DNA of 64,000 nt from an uncultured delta proteobacterium (GTDB lineage: Bacteria; Myxococcota; Kuafuiibacteriia; Kuafuiibacteriales; Kuafuiibacteriaceae), in NCBI GenBank assembly GCA_963803435.1, contig CAWDML010000003.1, positions 544,001 through 608,000 on the forward strand, read 5' to 3'. Numbering within the stretch: the stretch's first letter is position 1; every line of letters begins with the position of its first letter. A model generated the notes under the pieces. That model searched no databases. It worked only from the letters and a program-made list of their open reading frames with translations, and had not been told where the DNA came from. The position numbers were made by a program, and so were the translations under genes. This document shows, one piece after another, positions 44,666-54,921 of this stretch.

Positions 44666-46861
44666 AGCTCACCGTGCAGGACGCCAAGAGGTACTGGCGC
44701 GAGGCCGGAGTGGATCCCGCCGCGGTGTCGTTCAGCGGTGCCTCGATCGCGCGCGGGGAGCCGACGCCGGAGGATCTCTCCGGTCTGACGTCGGCGTTGA
44801 TGAGCAAGGGGACCGGCGGTGCGCAACACGCTCAGGCCATGCTGATCGCCGCGCTCGGGACCACGGTGACGCACCGGATTCTGGATAAGTCTCAGCTGCG
44901 GGAGCGGTGGTCCAGGCTGCTGGAGATCCTCCAGAGCGACTCGCCGTCCTCCCAGGAGCTCAGCCAGCGAGACGCGGGCCGGCTGAGCCAGGAGCTCTGC
45001 TCGGAGGCCGCCCAGGCGCTCCGGCAGGGCCTGGCCGAAAGCTTCCGCGCCCCGGGCGCCCTGGACGAGGCGATCGCCGCGGCCCGCGGAGGCGGGCTCT
45101 CGTTTCGAGCGATCCACCTCATCGTCAAGGACCTCCTCCCGCACCTCGGCGCGGCGACGCAGCAGCGGATGAACGACCTCCTCCGGGAGGTCCGGATCGA
45201 GGAGGAGCTGCGCGGGCTGTTCAAGAACGCCGGCGATGCCACCTACCTCCGCGACGTCCCGGTGTCGGCGTTGCTGCGGGACGAGGCGCTCTTCCTCGAC
45301 GGCTTCGAGGTCTTCATCGAGGCGAACGACAAGGCGCTCAAGCTGATCACCGAGATGAGCCAGTCCATCGCCGACGCGCTCCAGGACGGGCGGGACTTCG
45401 CGGCGCACTCGAACGGTGCGTCGCTCTCGGAGATGACCGACGAGCTTCGCGCCGAGGTCTCGCGGATGCTCGACTGGTTCGAGAACATGGGGGCCCCGGA
45501 CGCCGCGGCCAAGTGCAAGGCCGCCTTCGAGTCGGTCACGGAGAAGCTGGTGTCGGCCGCCGACGACCTGGAGCGGATTCTCTCCACCGGTTACCACCAG
45601 CTCGGTGGGTTCGACTTCCACCAGGATTCTCGCGGCCGGACGCATCCCCGACTACATCGCCGATCCCTACCAGGCGTTCATCGGCATCTGCTCGAAGAGC
45701 AAGTCGTCCGTCGACATGGACAGCATCGAGACCATCGAGGAGCTGATCCGAGTGCTCCATCGCGAGGTGGCGCACGCGTTTGGTGAGCACGTGAAATCGT
45801 CCGTGAAGGGCGGTCTGGCGCTGCGGCGGAGCCACCAGATCGACGTGGCCTCCAAGCACGGGTCGGCGTCGATGTCTCTGACCTACGTGGGGAGTCGCAC
45901 CGAGGGCGATCTCACCGGGACGCCGATGGGCGACGTTCGTGACGCGCTGGTCGGCTACGTCCAGAGCGGGCGCAACAGCCAGCAGCAGATCCAGAACGGC
46001 GTCATCACCGACAAGACGATGGCCTTCGACGTCACGCTCGGCTGCCACACCGGCCGGCTCAACGTGACCTACGACTCGGCCCACGATCTGTACTTCGTCG
46101 AGTGGGGCCTGCAGGAGCCTCAGGACGGCCAAGGACGTCTGAAGTTCTGCCCCTCCTACTTCTCGAAGGCGGGCTTCGAGCACACGATCGACGGCTGGAA
46201 GCACTACGCGCGGAAGAAGGTGTCCCGCGAGGATATCCATCGGGCCATCTGGTTCATGATGTTCTCGCTCGAGAACATGAAAAACGTCGACATCTCGAGC
46301 CCGGTGTTCGACCAGAGCGCGCTCTATCGCCTGTTCGAGACCTGGTACGAGGGTCACGCCGGTAAGCCGGCGAGGTCGTCCGGCTTGAGCGACCACGCCG
46401 CCGAGGTGTTCGGGCGCGTCCCCAAGTGGAAGCCGGCGCAGAAGAAGATCTGCTCCCTGATGCTCGAAGATCCTCACGTGTTCCGCATCGCAGAGATCGA
46501 GGCCTCGGCCATGGGATCGTCCTCGAACAACACCGTCTTCCACGCGTTTGCGGTCTTCATCGCGGATCATGCCGGCGAGCTCCTGAAGTCGAGCTGCTCT
46601 CCCGAGCGGATGGCGTCGCTCTACCGGACGGTCGCAGAGGTCTACTTCGAGGGCGTTCAGCCGCTGGTCCTCTCCGAGCTGAAGGAGCTGGGGATCGAGC
46701 GCACCCCTTCGGGACCGAACGCCGCGCGCGTCACCGAGGCCTCGAAGGAGGAAGCCGATCGGATCCGGGGCGTCAGCGGGCCCGACGAGGCCTCGCAGCG
46801 GCTCAAGGCGGGCAGCGCGCGCGCGCAGCTCCAAGGCCCCATCTTTCAGCGGACGCGGTGA
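44662..46861 (+). CDS. Large hypothetical protein (~732 aa after correcting +1 frameshift at ~45627)
   Basis: GC3-biased frame switches at GATTC 45625-45629; removing one T joins ...GGFDFHQD to LAAGRIPDYIADP... Confidence 0.7.
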
Positions 46862-46869
46862 GGTGAACG

Positions 46870-47238
46870 ATGGTGCTCGCGAAGCCTAATCTCTCCGCAC
46901 GGACCGTGGCCCTGGGACTGGCGGGGGCGGTCCGCCGGCTGGGTGCGGCCACCTGCATGGTGGGCGGCTCGATCGCGCTGGAGGTGGACGGTCCCACCGG
47001 CGGCCGATGGCGGCTGGACCTCGACGTGCCGGGAGGCGCCTTTCACGAGGACGACCGAGCCGACGCGCGCACCACGCTCCGCGCCACCCCCGAGGCCATG
47101 GTCGCGCTCTTGGTCGCGCCCGAGCAGATCCCGAGGCTGTGCGCCGCCGGCTCGCTGGCGGTGGACGGTGAGGTCGACCGCCTGTGCCGTCTGGCGACCA
47201 GGCTCAAACAGACGCGATCGTGGCTGGACCGAGGCTAG
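46870..47238 (+). CDS. SCP2 sterol/lipid-binding domain protein
   Basis: IALEVDGPTGGRWRLDL...ADARTTLRA...AGSLAVDGEV; GAGG RBS. Confidence 0.7.
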   Translation: MVLAKPNLSARTVALGLAGAVRRLGAATCMVGGSIALEVDGPTGGRWRLDLDVPGGAFHEDDRADARTTLRATPEAMVALLVAPEQIPRLCAAGSLAVDGEVDRLCRLATRLKQTRSWLDRG

Positions 47239-47259
47239 CGAGAGGAGAAGGCGACCGTC

Positions 47260-50251
47260 ATGAGACTCACCGACAAAGGCCCCGGAGGCACCGTCGAGCA
47301 TCGCGACCTTGGAGAGGAGATCGAGGGGCTGAAGGCGTCGGCGAAGGCGCTGACCGGCGGCATCCTCGACGCCGCGCGGAACGCGAGCGCCCAGCGCCTC
47401 TCGACGAGCGCCGCCTTCCTGGGGCGAACGATCCCCGTCCCGCAGGAGGGCCCGTCCGAGACCCGCGAGGCCATGAACATCCTGTCGGAGGTGCTGCGCG
47501 GTCTCGGTGTTCAGGGCTCGCTCGCCACGCACTTCGCGAGCGCTCTGGAGGCGCTCGTGGAGGCCGAGTCGACCTCGCCCCCTCGGACCGCGAAGAGGGA
47601 CGAGACACCGCGCCCGCTGATCTTCGGCTTCGGCGGAGAGGCCACCGGCCCCCTCCCGGAGAGCGCCGCCGAGCGCAAGAAGCTCCTCGGGGGCAAGGGC
47701 GCCGAGCTCCTGGAGATGAGCGCCCTGGGGATGCCGATTCCTCCCGGCCTCACCCTCACCACCGAGGCGTGCGCCCGTTATCTCGAGACGAAGAGGATGC
47801 CCGACGGCGCCGAGCAGCAGCTCGACGAGGGGCTGCGCCGACTCGAAGCGCAGCTCGGCAAGAAGCTCGGCAATCCCGAGAACCCGCTGCTGGTCTCGGT
47901 GCGCAGCGGCGCAGCGGTGTCGATGCCGGGGATGATGGATACGATCCTGAACCTCGGGCTCAACGACCAGGTCTGCGTGGGGCTCGCGAGGAAGACCGGC
48001 AACGAGCGGTTCGCTTACGACGCTTACCGGCGGTTCATCAGCATGTTCGGGAACGTGGCCATGGGCGTCGACCACCGGTGCTTCGAGGAGGCGCTCGAGG
48101 CGCTCAAGAAGAAGAAGGGCGTGAAGCTCGACGTCGAGCTCACGGCGGATGACCTGAAGCTGCTGGTCAAGCGCTACCTGACCATCTACAAGCGGGAGAC
48201 CGGCGAGAAGTTCCCGTCCGATCCGAAGGAGCAGCTCCGCCGCGCCGTCCGTGCCGTCTTCGACTCGTGGAACAACGACCGCGCGATCAAGTATCGCGAG
48301 ATCAACAAGATCGACGGATTGGTGGGCACCGGCGTCAACGTGCAAGCGATGGTCTTCGGCAACATGGGGGACGAGTCGGGAACCGGAGTCTGCTTCACCC
48401 GGAACCCCGGAACGGGTAGCCGCGAGCTCTTTGGCGAGTTCCTTACCAACGCCCAGGGTGAGGACGTGGTCGCCGGGATCCGCACGCCCATGCCGATCAG
48501 TCAGATGGCCGAGAAGTTTCCCGAGGCCTACGAGCAGCTGGTCGCACTCTGCCACCGGCTCGAGGCGCACTACGGAAACATGCAGGACATCGAGTTCACG
48601 GTGGAGAACAACAAGCTGTTCATCCTCCAGACGCGCAGCGGCAAGCGGAACGGCGAGGCCGCGGTCAAGATCGCGGTCGATCTGGTCAGGGAAGGCGTCA
48701 CTGATCCGGAGAGCGCGGTCCTGAGGATGGTGTCGCCCGAGCACGTCGAGCAGATGCTCCGCCCGCGCTTCGCCGAGACCGACGGCGTCGCGTCGGTGAA
48801 GCTGGCGAAGGGGATCGCGGCCTCACCCGGTGCGGCCGTGGGACGGGCGGTCTTCACCGTCGAGGATGCGATCACCCTGGCGAAGCAAGGCACCCCGGTC
48901 ATCCTGGTCCGCAACGACACCAGCCCCGAGGACGTCGGCGGGATGGACGCCGCCCAGGGGGTCCTCACCCGCACCGGCGGCAAGACCAGCCACGCCGCCG
49001 TGGTCGCACGCGGCTGGGGCAAGCCGTGCGTGACAGGCTGCGGCGATCTCGAGGTCGACGAGAAGGGCCGTCGCTTCACCACCGCCGAGGGGGTCGCGAT
49101 CGAGCACGGCGACTGGATCTCGTTGAACGGTTCCACCGGAGAGGTGGTGCTCGGGAAGCGAAAGCTCGTCCAGCCGGAGCCGAACGGGGATCTGGCGACG
49201 CTGATGGGCTGGGTCGACGAGCTCCGGACGACCGAGGTCAGAGTCAACGCCGAGTCCCTGGCCGAGGTCGAGCGGGCGCTGGCCTTCGGCGCAGACGGCA
49301 TCGGGCTGTGCCGGACCGACCACATGTTCTTCCAGGGGAAGAACCTCGGGCACACGCAGGCGATGATCCTCTCAGACTCCGCGGGCGAGCGCCGCGACGC
49401 GCTCGCGAAGGAGCACGCGGCCTGGAAGGAGGAGTTCAAGACCATCTTCCGAATCGATGGGCGGCAAGCCGGTCACGATCCGCCTGCTGTCCGCCTCGAT
49501 GGACAAGTTCCTGCCGGAGAACGACCGGCTCCTCGCGAAGGTCGCGGACGAGGCCGGCGTGCCCCACGAGATCGCGAAGGCGAAGAGGGACGCGCTGAAG
49601 GAGATCGACCCCACGCTCGGGCTCAAGGGGTGTCGTCTGGCGTTCCAGTACCCCGAGATCACCGAAGCCCAGACGAAGGCGATCATCGAGGCCGCCCTCG
49701 AGCTCCGGCAGGAGGGCATACGAGTGAAGCCCGAGATCACGGTCCCGATGGTCGGCTCGGCGGGCGAGCTCCTTCACCTGAAGAAGATCATCGAGCGGGC
49801 GGCGGCGGACGTCTTTGCTCAGCGGGGCGCGATCATCGACTTCGACATCGGCGCCACCATCGAGACGCCCCGCGCCGCGCTCGTCGCCGGTGAGCTGGCG
49901 AAGGTGGCCGACTTCCTCTCCGTCGATACCGACGCGTTGACGCAGCTGACCTTCGGTGTCAGCCACGGCGTGTCCGGGGCGCTCATGGACGCGTACGTCG
50001 CCGGCGACATTCTCAAGGGCGATCCCTTCGCGGCCTTCGACAAGCAAGGCGTTGGGCAGCTGCTGAAGCTCCTGGTCGAGCGAGCACGTGAGGCGGCGCC
50101 CGACGTGCCCATCCGGATCGCGGGCGGGCACGCGCGGGATCCGGGCGCGGTCGAGTTCGCGGTCGGTGGTGTCGGCGTCGACGGTGTCTCGACCTCCTGG
50201 CGGCAGGTGCCGGTCGCGAAGCTGATCGCGGCGCAGGCCGAGAAGGTCTGA
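47260..50251 (+). CDS. Pyruvate, phosphate dikinase-like protein with ~120 aa N-terminal extension and degenerate PEP/pyruvate domain (+1 frameshift at ~49452)
   Basis: LLGGKGA, LLVSVRSGA, MPGMMDTILNLGLND, NAQGEDVVAG, DIEFT, LQTRSGKR, GGKTSHAAVVARG, GIGLCRT; C-terminal part lies in the +1 frame (MGGKPVTIRLL...). Confidence 0.9.
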
Positions 50252-50332
50252 CGGTTTGAAGGCGGATGTACACCTTGCTCGGCGCAGCGGCGCGGCTCTA
50301 GGCTCGAGGGCGGCTTGCCCCTCCGAGCGAAG

Positions 50333-50740
50333 ATGGTGGAGGCGCAGAAGCGCCTTCGGGCGCGCCTCCGCCGAGATGCCCTCGAGGCTTCGCCGGAGGA
50401 GGGACCGCTCCGCCTCGCGGACCTGGTGGAGCTGGAGCCGGGCGGGATCGACGTGCTCCGGAGGCAGGGCCTCGCCTATCTGAGCGCCGGAAAGGTCGAG
50501 GCGTGCCGTGCCGTCTTCGAGATGCTGCAAGCCCTCGGCGACCTCAGCCCTCCGGGTTTTTTCATCCTGGCCCGGTGCTGGGACCTCTCGGGCGATCAGC
50601 GAAAGGCTCGAAATTACTTCGGCCTGGGATGGGCGCTGGTGGACGGTGATCGAGAGGATGGTGCCGCCTTGAAGAATGCGGCACTGAGGTGGGGATCTCA
50701 CCTCGCTCCGTCCTCGACGGAGAGCGGGGAGACGGGATGA
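50333..50740 (+). CDS. Small TPR protein, SycD/LcrH chaperone-like
   Basis: 135 aa; LADLVELEPGGIDVLRRQGLAYLSAGKVEACRAVFEMLQALG...FFILARCWDLSGDQRKARNYF pattern resembles class II T3SS chaperones. Confidence 0.5.
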   Translation: MVEAQKRLRARLRRDALEASPEEGPLRLADLVELEPGGIDVLRRQGLAYLSAGKVEACRAVFEMLQALGDLSPPGFFILARCWDLSGDQRKARNYFGLGWALVDGDREDGAALKNAALRWGSHLAPSSTESGETG

Positions 50741-51459
50741 CCGACCCAGGCATCAAGCGACGGACCGCGGAGCTCGTGCGGGTGCTGAAGGAGCTTTCCT
50801 CACAGGAAGTCTCCCGACCTCCGCCCTCGCGGATCCCACCCCACGGGGATCAGTTCGTGGGCGTCCACCTCGGTGATCCCGCCCACGGCTCACAGCGGGG
50901 TGAGGCCTGGGCCGCCGTGGTCGAGAGCTCGATGGCGTTCTGGGCCTCCGACGTCGGCGGGAAGGATGCGGGGCGTCGCTTCGCCGCGGCCGACGTCGCT
51001 CGCACGCTCGACGGCCTCGAGGGCGTGATCGCGACTGGGGAGGCCAGCGCCCTCCTGGAGGACTGGGGACGCCTGATCCACGGCTTCGTGACCCTCTACG
51101 GCGGAGACCTTCCCGCGCATGCCGCCGCGCTCCTGAGCGAGCTCCGCGATCTGCTCGCGGATCGGACGCGCGGGTTCGTGGAGACGCTCCACCACGATCT
51201 CCTCCAGTCGAAGGAGACCGTGCTGTCGTTGCTCGACGAGGATGGCCGGGCCTTCGCCGGCGTCGTCCTCGACGCCCTGAGCCGGAAGACACCGATCGAT
51301 CGCGGGCTGCTCGACGCCGCCACGCAGAACCTCCGCGCGACGCTCAGCCGGGCCGACTATCAGACCGCTCACACGCGCGAGATCGACGTTCTTGCGAAGC
51401 GGCTCGAGTGGCTCCATGCCGCGCTGACGCTCGAGACCTCGCCGCTGGGCTCACGGTAG
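50737..51459 (+). CDS. Hypothetical alpha-helical protein
   Basis: 240 aa ORF with GC3 bias; ATG overlaps the upstream TGA. Confidence 0.7.
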   Translation: MTDPGIKRRTAELVRVLKELSSQEVSRPPPSRIPPHGDQFVGVHLGDPAHGSQRGEAWAAVVESSMAFWASDVGGKDAGRRFAAADVARTLDGLEGVIATGEASALLEDWGRLIHGFVTLYGGDLPAHAAALLSELRDLLADRTRGFVETLHHDLLQSKETVLSLLDEDGRAFAGVVLDALSRKTPIDRGLLDAATQNLRATLSRADYQTAHTREIDVLAKRLEWLHAALTLETSPLGSR

Positions 51460-52473
51460 GACGTCGAGCTTGAGACGCCGGAGCGCGCGCTGATACGCCG
51501 AGGGTGACATACCGGTCCATCGGCGGACGGCCCGCCGGAAGGAGCTCACATCTGCATATCCGAGCGCGCTGGCCGCGTCCCGCACGCTGATGTTCGACTG
51601 CAGGATCTCGAGCGCGAGCTTGTGGCGCGCGGTGTCGACGATGTCGCGATAGACCAGGCCGTTCTGCTCCAGCCGCCGCTGCAGCGTTCGCCGGCTCGTC
51701 CCCAGCGATCGCGCCGCCGCGTCGAGCGACCGATCGCTGTCCTCGCCGGCGCCGCTGAGGAACTCGACGAGCTGCTCCACGAGCTCGCTCTCGTAGCGGA
51801 GCTGTCGGATCTCGTGCTCGGCGATCCGTTCGAGATATCGAGCGAGCTGAGCGTCGGCTCGGATCAGCGGTCGGTCCAGGTGCTCCTTGGCGAAGATGAT
51901 CCGGCTCGTCTGGCGCCCCGGGTGGATCGAGCAGCGGAAGAACTCTTCGTGCACGGAGAGGTCGGCGGTCAGCCGCTCGGCGAGATGAACCTCGAGCGGG
52001 AGAATCCGGCGCCGCGTCCACCGCTGCGCCAGCCCCAGCACCGAGGCGAGGAAGGCGTCCTCTCGCTCGGCGAGCGCTCGACGCTCGTAGATCCTGGAGA
52101 TGCTGACGGTCGTGGTGCTGTACTCGACCTTGAGCTCACCGGCCTCGTTGATCAGCTTGTACAGGCGCGCGATGCGCTGCAGCGCCTCTCCGAGACGGCT
52201 GCTGCTCATCGCCAGGTAGCCGACGATCCCCAGGCTCGACTCCGTGCGCCGCGCGCCGATCTTCAGGCCGAAGCTCGGATCATCGACGCGCGACGCGAGC
52301 TCGCTCCACACCGCTTCGTAGGCACGCACCGGTATGCGCGCGTCGGTATCCTCGAGGTCGTTCCAGGTCAGGCCGACGCGCGCCTGGAGCGCTGCGGACG
52401 AGACTCCCGCGGTGCCGGCGGACTGAAGGGTGGCGGACATCAAGCCAGCCATCACGGTCGACGGTCGAGCCAT
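51451..52473 (-). CDS. AraC-family transcriptional regulator
   Basis: N-terminal DPSFGL...LGIVGYL ligand domain; C-terminal SRRTLQRRL and LGYADVSSFRRAVRRWTGMSP double HTH. Confidence 0.92.
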   Translation of the reverse strand: MARPSTVMAGLMSATLQSAGTAGVSSAALQARVGLTWNDLEDTDARIPVRAYEAVWSELASRVDDPSFGLKIGARRTESSLGIVGYLAMSSSRLGEALQRIARLYKLINEAGELKVEYSTTTVSISRIYERRALAEREDAFLASVLGLAQRWTRRRILPLEVHLAERLTADLSVHEEFFRCSIHPGRQTSRIIFAKEHLDRPLIRADAQLARYLERIAEHEIRQLRYESELVEQLVEFLSGAGEDSDRSLDAAARSLGTSRRTLQRRLEQNGLVYRDIVDTARHKLALEILQSNISVRDAASALGYADVSSFRRAVRRWTGMSPSAYQRALRRLKLDVLP

Positions 52474-52758
52474 CGAAGACTCGAACTTGGAAGAGAGGGT
52501 GGGAGGCGCCAATCGCGTGAACGCCGAAGGGCTGCTGGTGCCAGCGATGGAGCTTCTTACGCCAGGCCGCTCGACGGCTTCCCGGCGGCGATCACGCGAC
52601 TGTGGCCTGGCTCCCTTCAGTCGCATTGACCGGCTGTCGGATGAGCGGCGTGCTCATCTTCGAGCTGCATACATTCGAGACGTTGCTCGGACGCGCACGC
52701 GATACTGGCATCCGAGGCGCGCATCGTCACTTCGGGTCCTCTGTCGGGTGGCGGCGGC

Positions 52759-53295
52759 TCAGCGACGATTCTTGAGCGTCTCGTTCACCCGGCGGAGAGC
52801 TTCGATGGCCTCTCTGCTGCGGGGCAGGCCGTTCTCCTTGTGCCGCTCGTACATGAGCGCGTAGCTCCGGCCCAGATCCTCGATGGCGGAGGCTGCGATC
52901 TGGAGATCGTGCACGGCCGGATCGTCGGAGCCGTTGTCGAGGTTGCAGCGGGCCACGATCGTCAGCCGCTCCATCTCGAATCCGCGCGCGAAGGCAGTCC
53001 ACCCCTCGCCCGGCACCTCCGGGTCCCGGCCCAGGATCTCGGCGGCGCTGGTGCGGAGGTGGCGCTCGAGCTTCTCGAGATCCTCGGCGCAGGCGCGAAG
53101 GGCGCGGTCGTCGACGGGGCCGTTCGGGCGCATCCCGTCGGCGGAGGGCATCCGGTCGAGGCTGCGGATGATGCCTCGGAGCACCAGGACGCAGAGGAGG
53201 CCCATGGCCAGGAAGAAGACGATCCGGACGAAGCGACGGTAGGGCCGGAGCTGCCGTCGCTCCTCCTCGCGCGTTTCCTGGCCCGGTTCGACCAC
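52759..53295 (-). CDS. Hypothetical membrane-anchored protein
   Basis: LRPYRRF followed by TM helix and a helical domain with two Cys. Confidence 0.7.
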   Translation of the reverse strand: MVEPGQETREEERRQLRPYRRFVRIVFFLAMGLLCVLVLRGIIRSLDRMPSADGMRPNGPVDDRALRACAEDLEKLERHLRTSAAEILGRDPEVPGEGWTAFARGFEMERLTIVARCNLDNGSDDPAVHDLQIAASAIEDLGRSYALMYERHKENGLPRSREAIEALRRVNETLKNRR

Positions 53296-53337
53296 CGGGC
53301 GTGAGGATGACCGGCGGCGCAGCCGCGCTCAAGCTCT

Positions 53338-54921
53338 TTAGTTGGCGAGGATCACCGAGTAGAGACCGCCGGCGTCGGTGATCGTGCGGGCGATCGAGAT
53401 CGTGCGATCGGCCCGGCGAACGAAGAACTCGACGCGCGCGCCCGCGATCGGTCCGGCGTTCTCGCCCTTCACGGTGCCTGTGATCTCGATACCGGCAGGC
53501 AGGGTGATCGGCAGGAGGTCGACGCGCAGATCAGCGCCGACCTCGACCTCTTCGGTGTGGGCCGGGAGCAGCTCGCCGTTCGACGATCGCGGAGGACGGA
53601 TCACCATCAGGTACGCGCCCGGATCCACGGCAGCGACGAACGTGCCGTCGCTCTCGGTCCGGGCGTCGATCGTGCGGCCGCGATCGTCGAAGGGTACCAG
53701 CTCGATCAGCGCGTCGGACACCCCACGGGAGGAGGCGGACAGCACCGCGCCGGTGACCTGGGTCCGCAGGTCCAACGTCACCTGCTCCGTGAGCAGGATA
53801 CCTTGCGCGTCGGAGAGATCGAGCACGCGCACGGTCGACGAGTAGGGGCTTCGCTGCGAGGTTCGAACGTCCACCAGGTAGCGCTCGGCCAAGATGGGGA
53901 GCTCGTTGGTGGCGGTGTTGCCGTCGCTCATGATGACCATCCCGTCGGGACCGGTGGTGCCGAGGATGCGGTACGTCCGGGTGTCGAGGCCGCGCACTGC
54001 GGTGGTGGCGGTGAGCGTGACGACGGCGTCGGCGATCGGCTCGGGACCGGCCGGGCCGCCGCTGCCCAGGATCTTCAGCTTCACCCGGCCGCGCAGCATC
54101 GGGTTGGTCTTCTCCAGCTCGATCCGCTTCTCGCGGCCGGAACCCTCGACCTTGACCAGCTGCTCGAACGACCAGGACGGTCCGGCCGGATCCGTGACCA
54201 TTGCGGTCAGGCGGAACTGCGTCTCGGAGGTGGAGGGGAGATCGAGCGAGTAGCGGCCCCCGACGCCCGAGATCGAGTCCGTGGAAGGGAGGCCGGTGCG
54301 CTCGCCGATGGCGCGAACGATCGCGCCGGCGATCGTCGAGGAGGCGGCGACGCTGGAGACGACCGCACCCGAGAGCGTTCGGTAGGTCTCGGGGACCACG
54401 AACTCCTTGGTCTGGCGCACGTCGCTGTTGCGCACCATGAAGTCGCTGGCCTCGAACCCGGGGAGGCGCCGATCGTCCGGGATCAAGCGCACCGCGTACG
54501 CGCCGGGGGTGAGGCGGAGGACGGAGCCGCTGCGGTTGAGCGTCTGCGTCAGGTCGACCTCCCGATCCGGGATGCGCCGGTCACCGAAGACCGCGATGGT
54601 GGCGCTGATCGGATCGGTGCCCTGGAGGACGCGGACCTCGAACTCGGTCGGCGTGGGGACCTGGAGGTTGAGCACGCCGCCGGTGGCGACCGCGTTCAAG
54701 ACCTGGGCGGGCGCGTACGGCGACCCCGAGGGCGGAGCGATCTCCACATAGATGTCGTCGGGGCCCACCGCGTTGTTGTTCACGCACTGTCCCGAGAGGC
54801 AGATGAACCCGGCGCCGCAGTCGTCGGCGCTGAAGCAACGCTCGTCCTCGATCCGCGCCGCCAGATCCTTCGAGGCGCATCCGGCGAGGGAGAGCAGCAC
54901 GATCAGTTGGGCTGTTCGCAT
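53338..54921 (-). CDS. Lipoprotein with Cys-rich motif and carboxypeptidase-regulatory-like beta-sandwich repeats
   Basis: Lipobox LAGC; CFSADDCGAGFICLSGQC; repeated G.V....PI.GA.V....T...G.Y units. Confidence 0.8.
   Translation of the reverse strand: MRTAQLIVLLSLAGCASKDLAARIEDERCFSADDCGAGFICLSGQCVNNNAVGPDDIYVEIAPPSGSPYAPAQVLNAVATGGVLNLQVPTPTEFEVRVLQGTDPISATIAVFGDRRIPDREVDLTQTLNRSGSVLRLTPGAYAVRLIPDDRRLPGFEASDFMVRNSDVRQTKEFVVPETYRTLSGAVVSSVAASSTIAGAIVRAIGERTGLPSTDSISGVGGRYSLDLPSTSETQFRLTAMVTDPAGPSWSFEQLVKVEGSGREKRIELEKTNPMLRGRVKLKILGSGGPAGPEPIADAVVTLTATTAVRGLDTRTYRILGTTGPDGMVIMSDGNTATNELPILAERYLVDVRTSQRSPYSSTVRVLDLSDAQGILLTEQVTLDLRTQVTGAVLSASSRGVSDALIELVPFDDRGRTIDARTESDGTFVAAVDPGAYLMVIRPPRSSNGELLPAHTEEVEVGADLRVDLLPITLPAGIEITGTVKGENAGPIAGARVEFFVRRADRTISIARTITDAGGLYSVILAN

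Noticed and set aside
47260-50251. PPDK-like gene as a simple pseudogene
   Set aside because: Only one indel, at the same motif as the one in essential murE; no in-frame stops; substitutions are concentrated in the pyruvate-site motifs.
50263-50279. Second sigma54 promoter upstream of the SycD-like gene
   Set aside because: GG-to-GC spacing is 11 nt rather than the required 10.
43036-52758. Accessory cassette as a mobile element
   Set aside because: No integrase, transposase, tRNA target or flanking direct repeats recognised; composition resembles the host.
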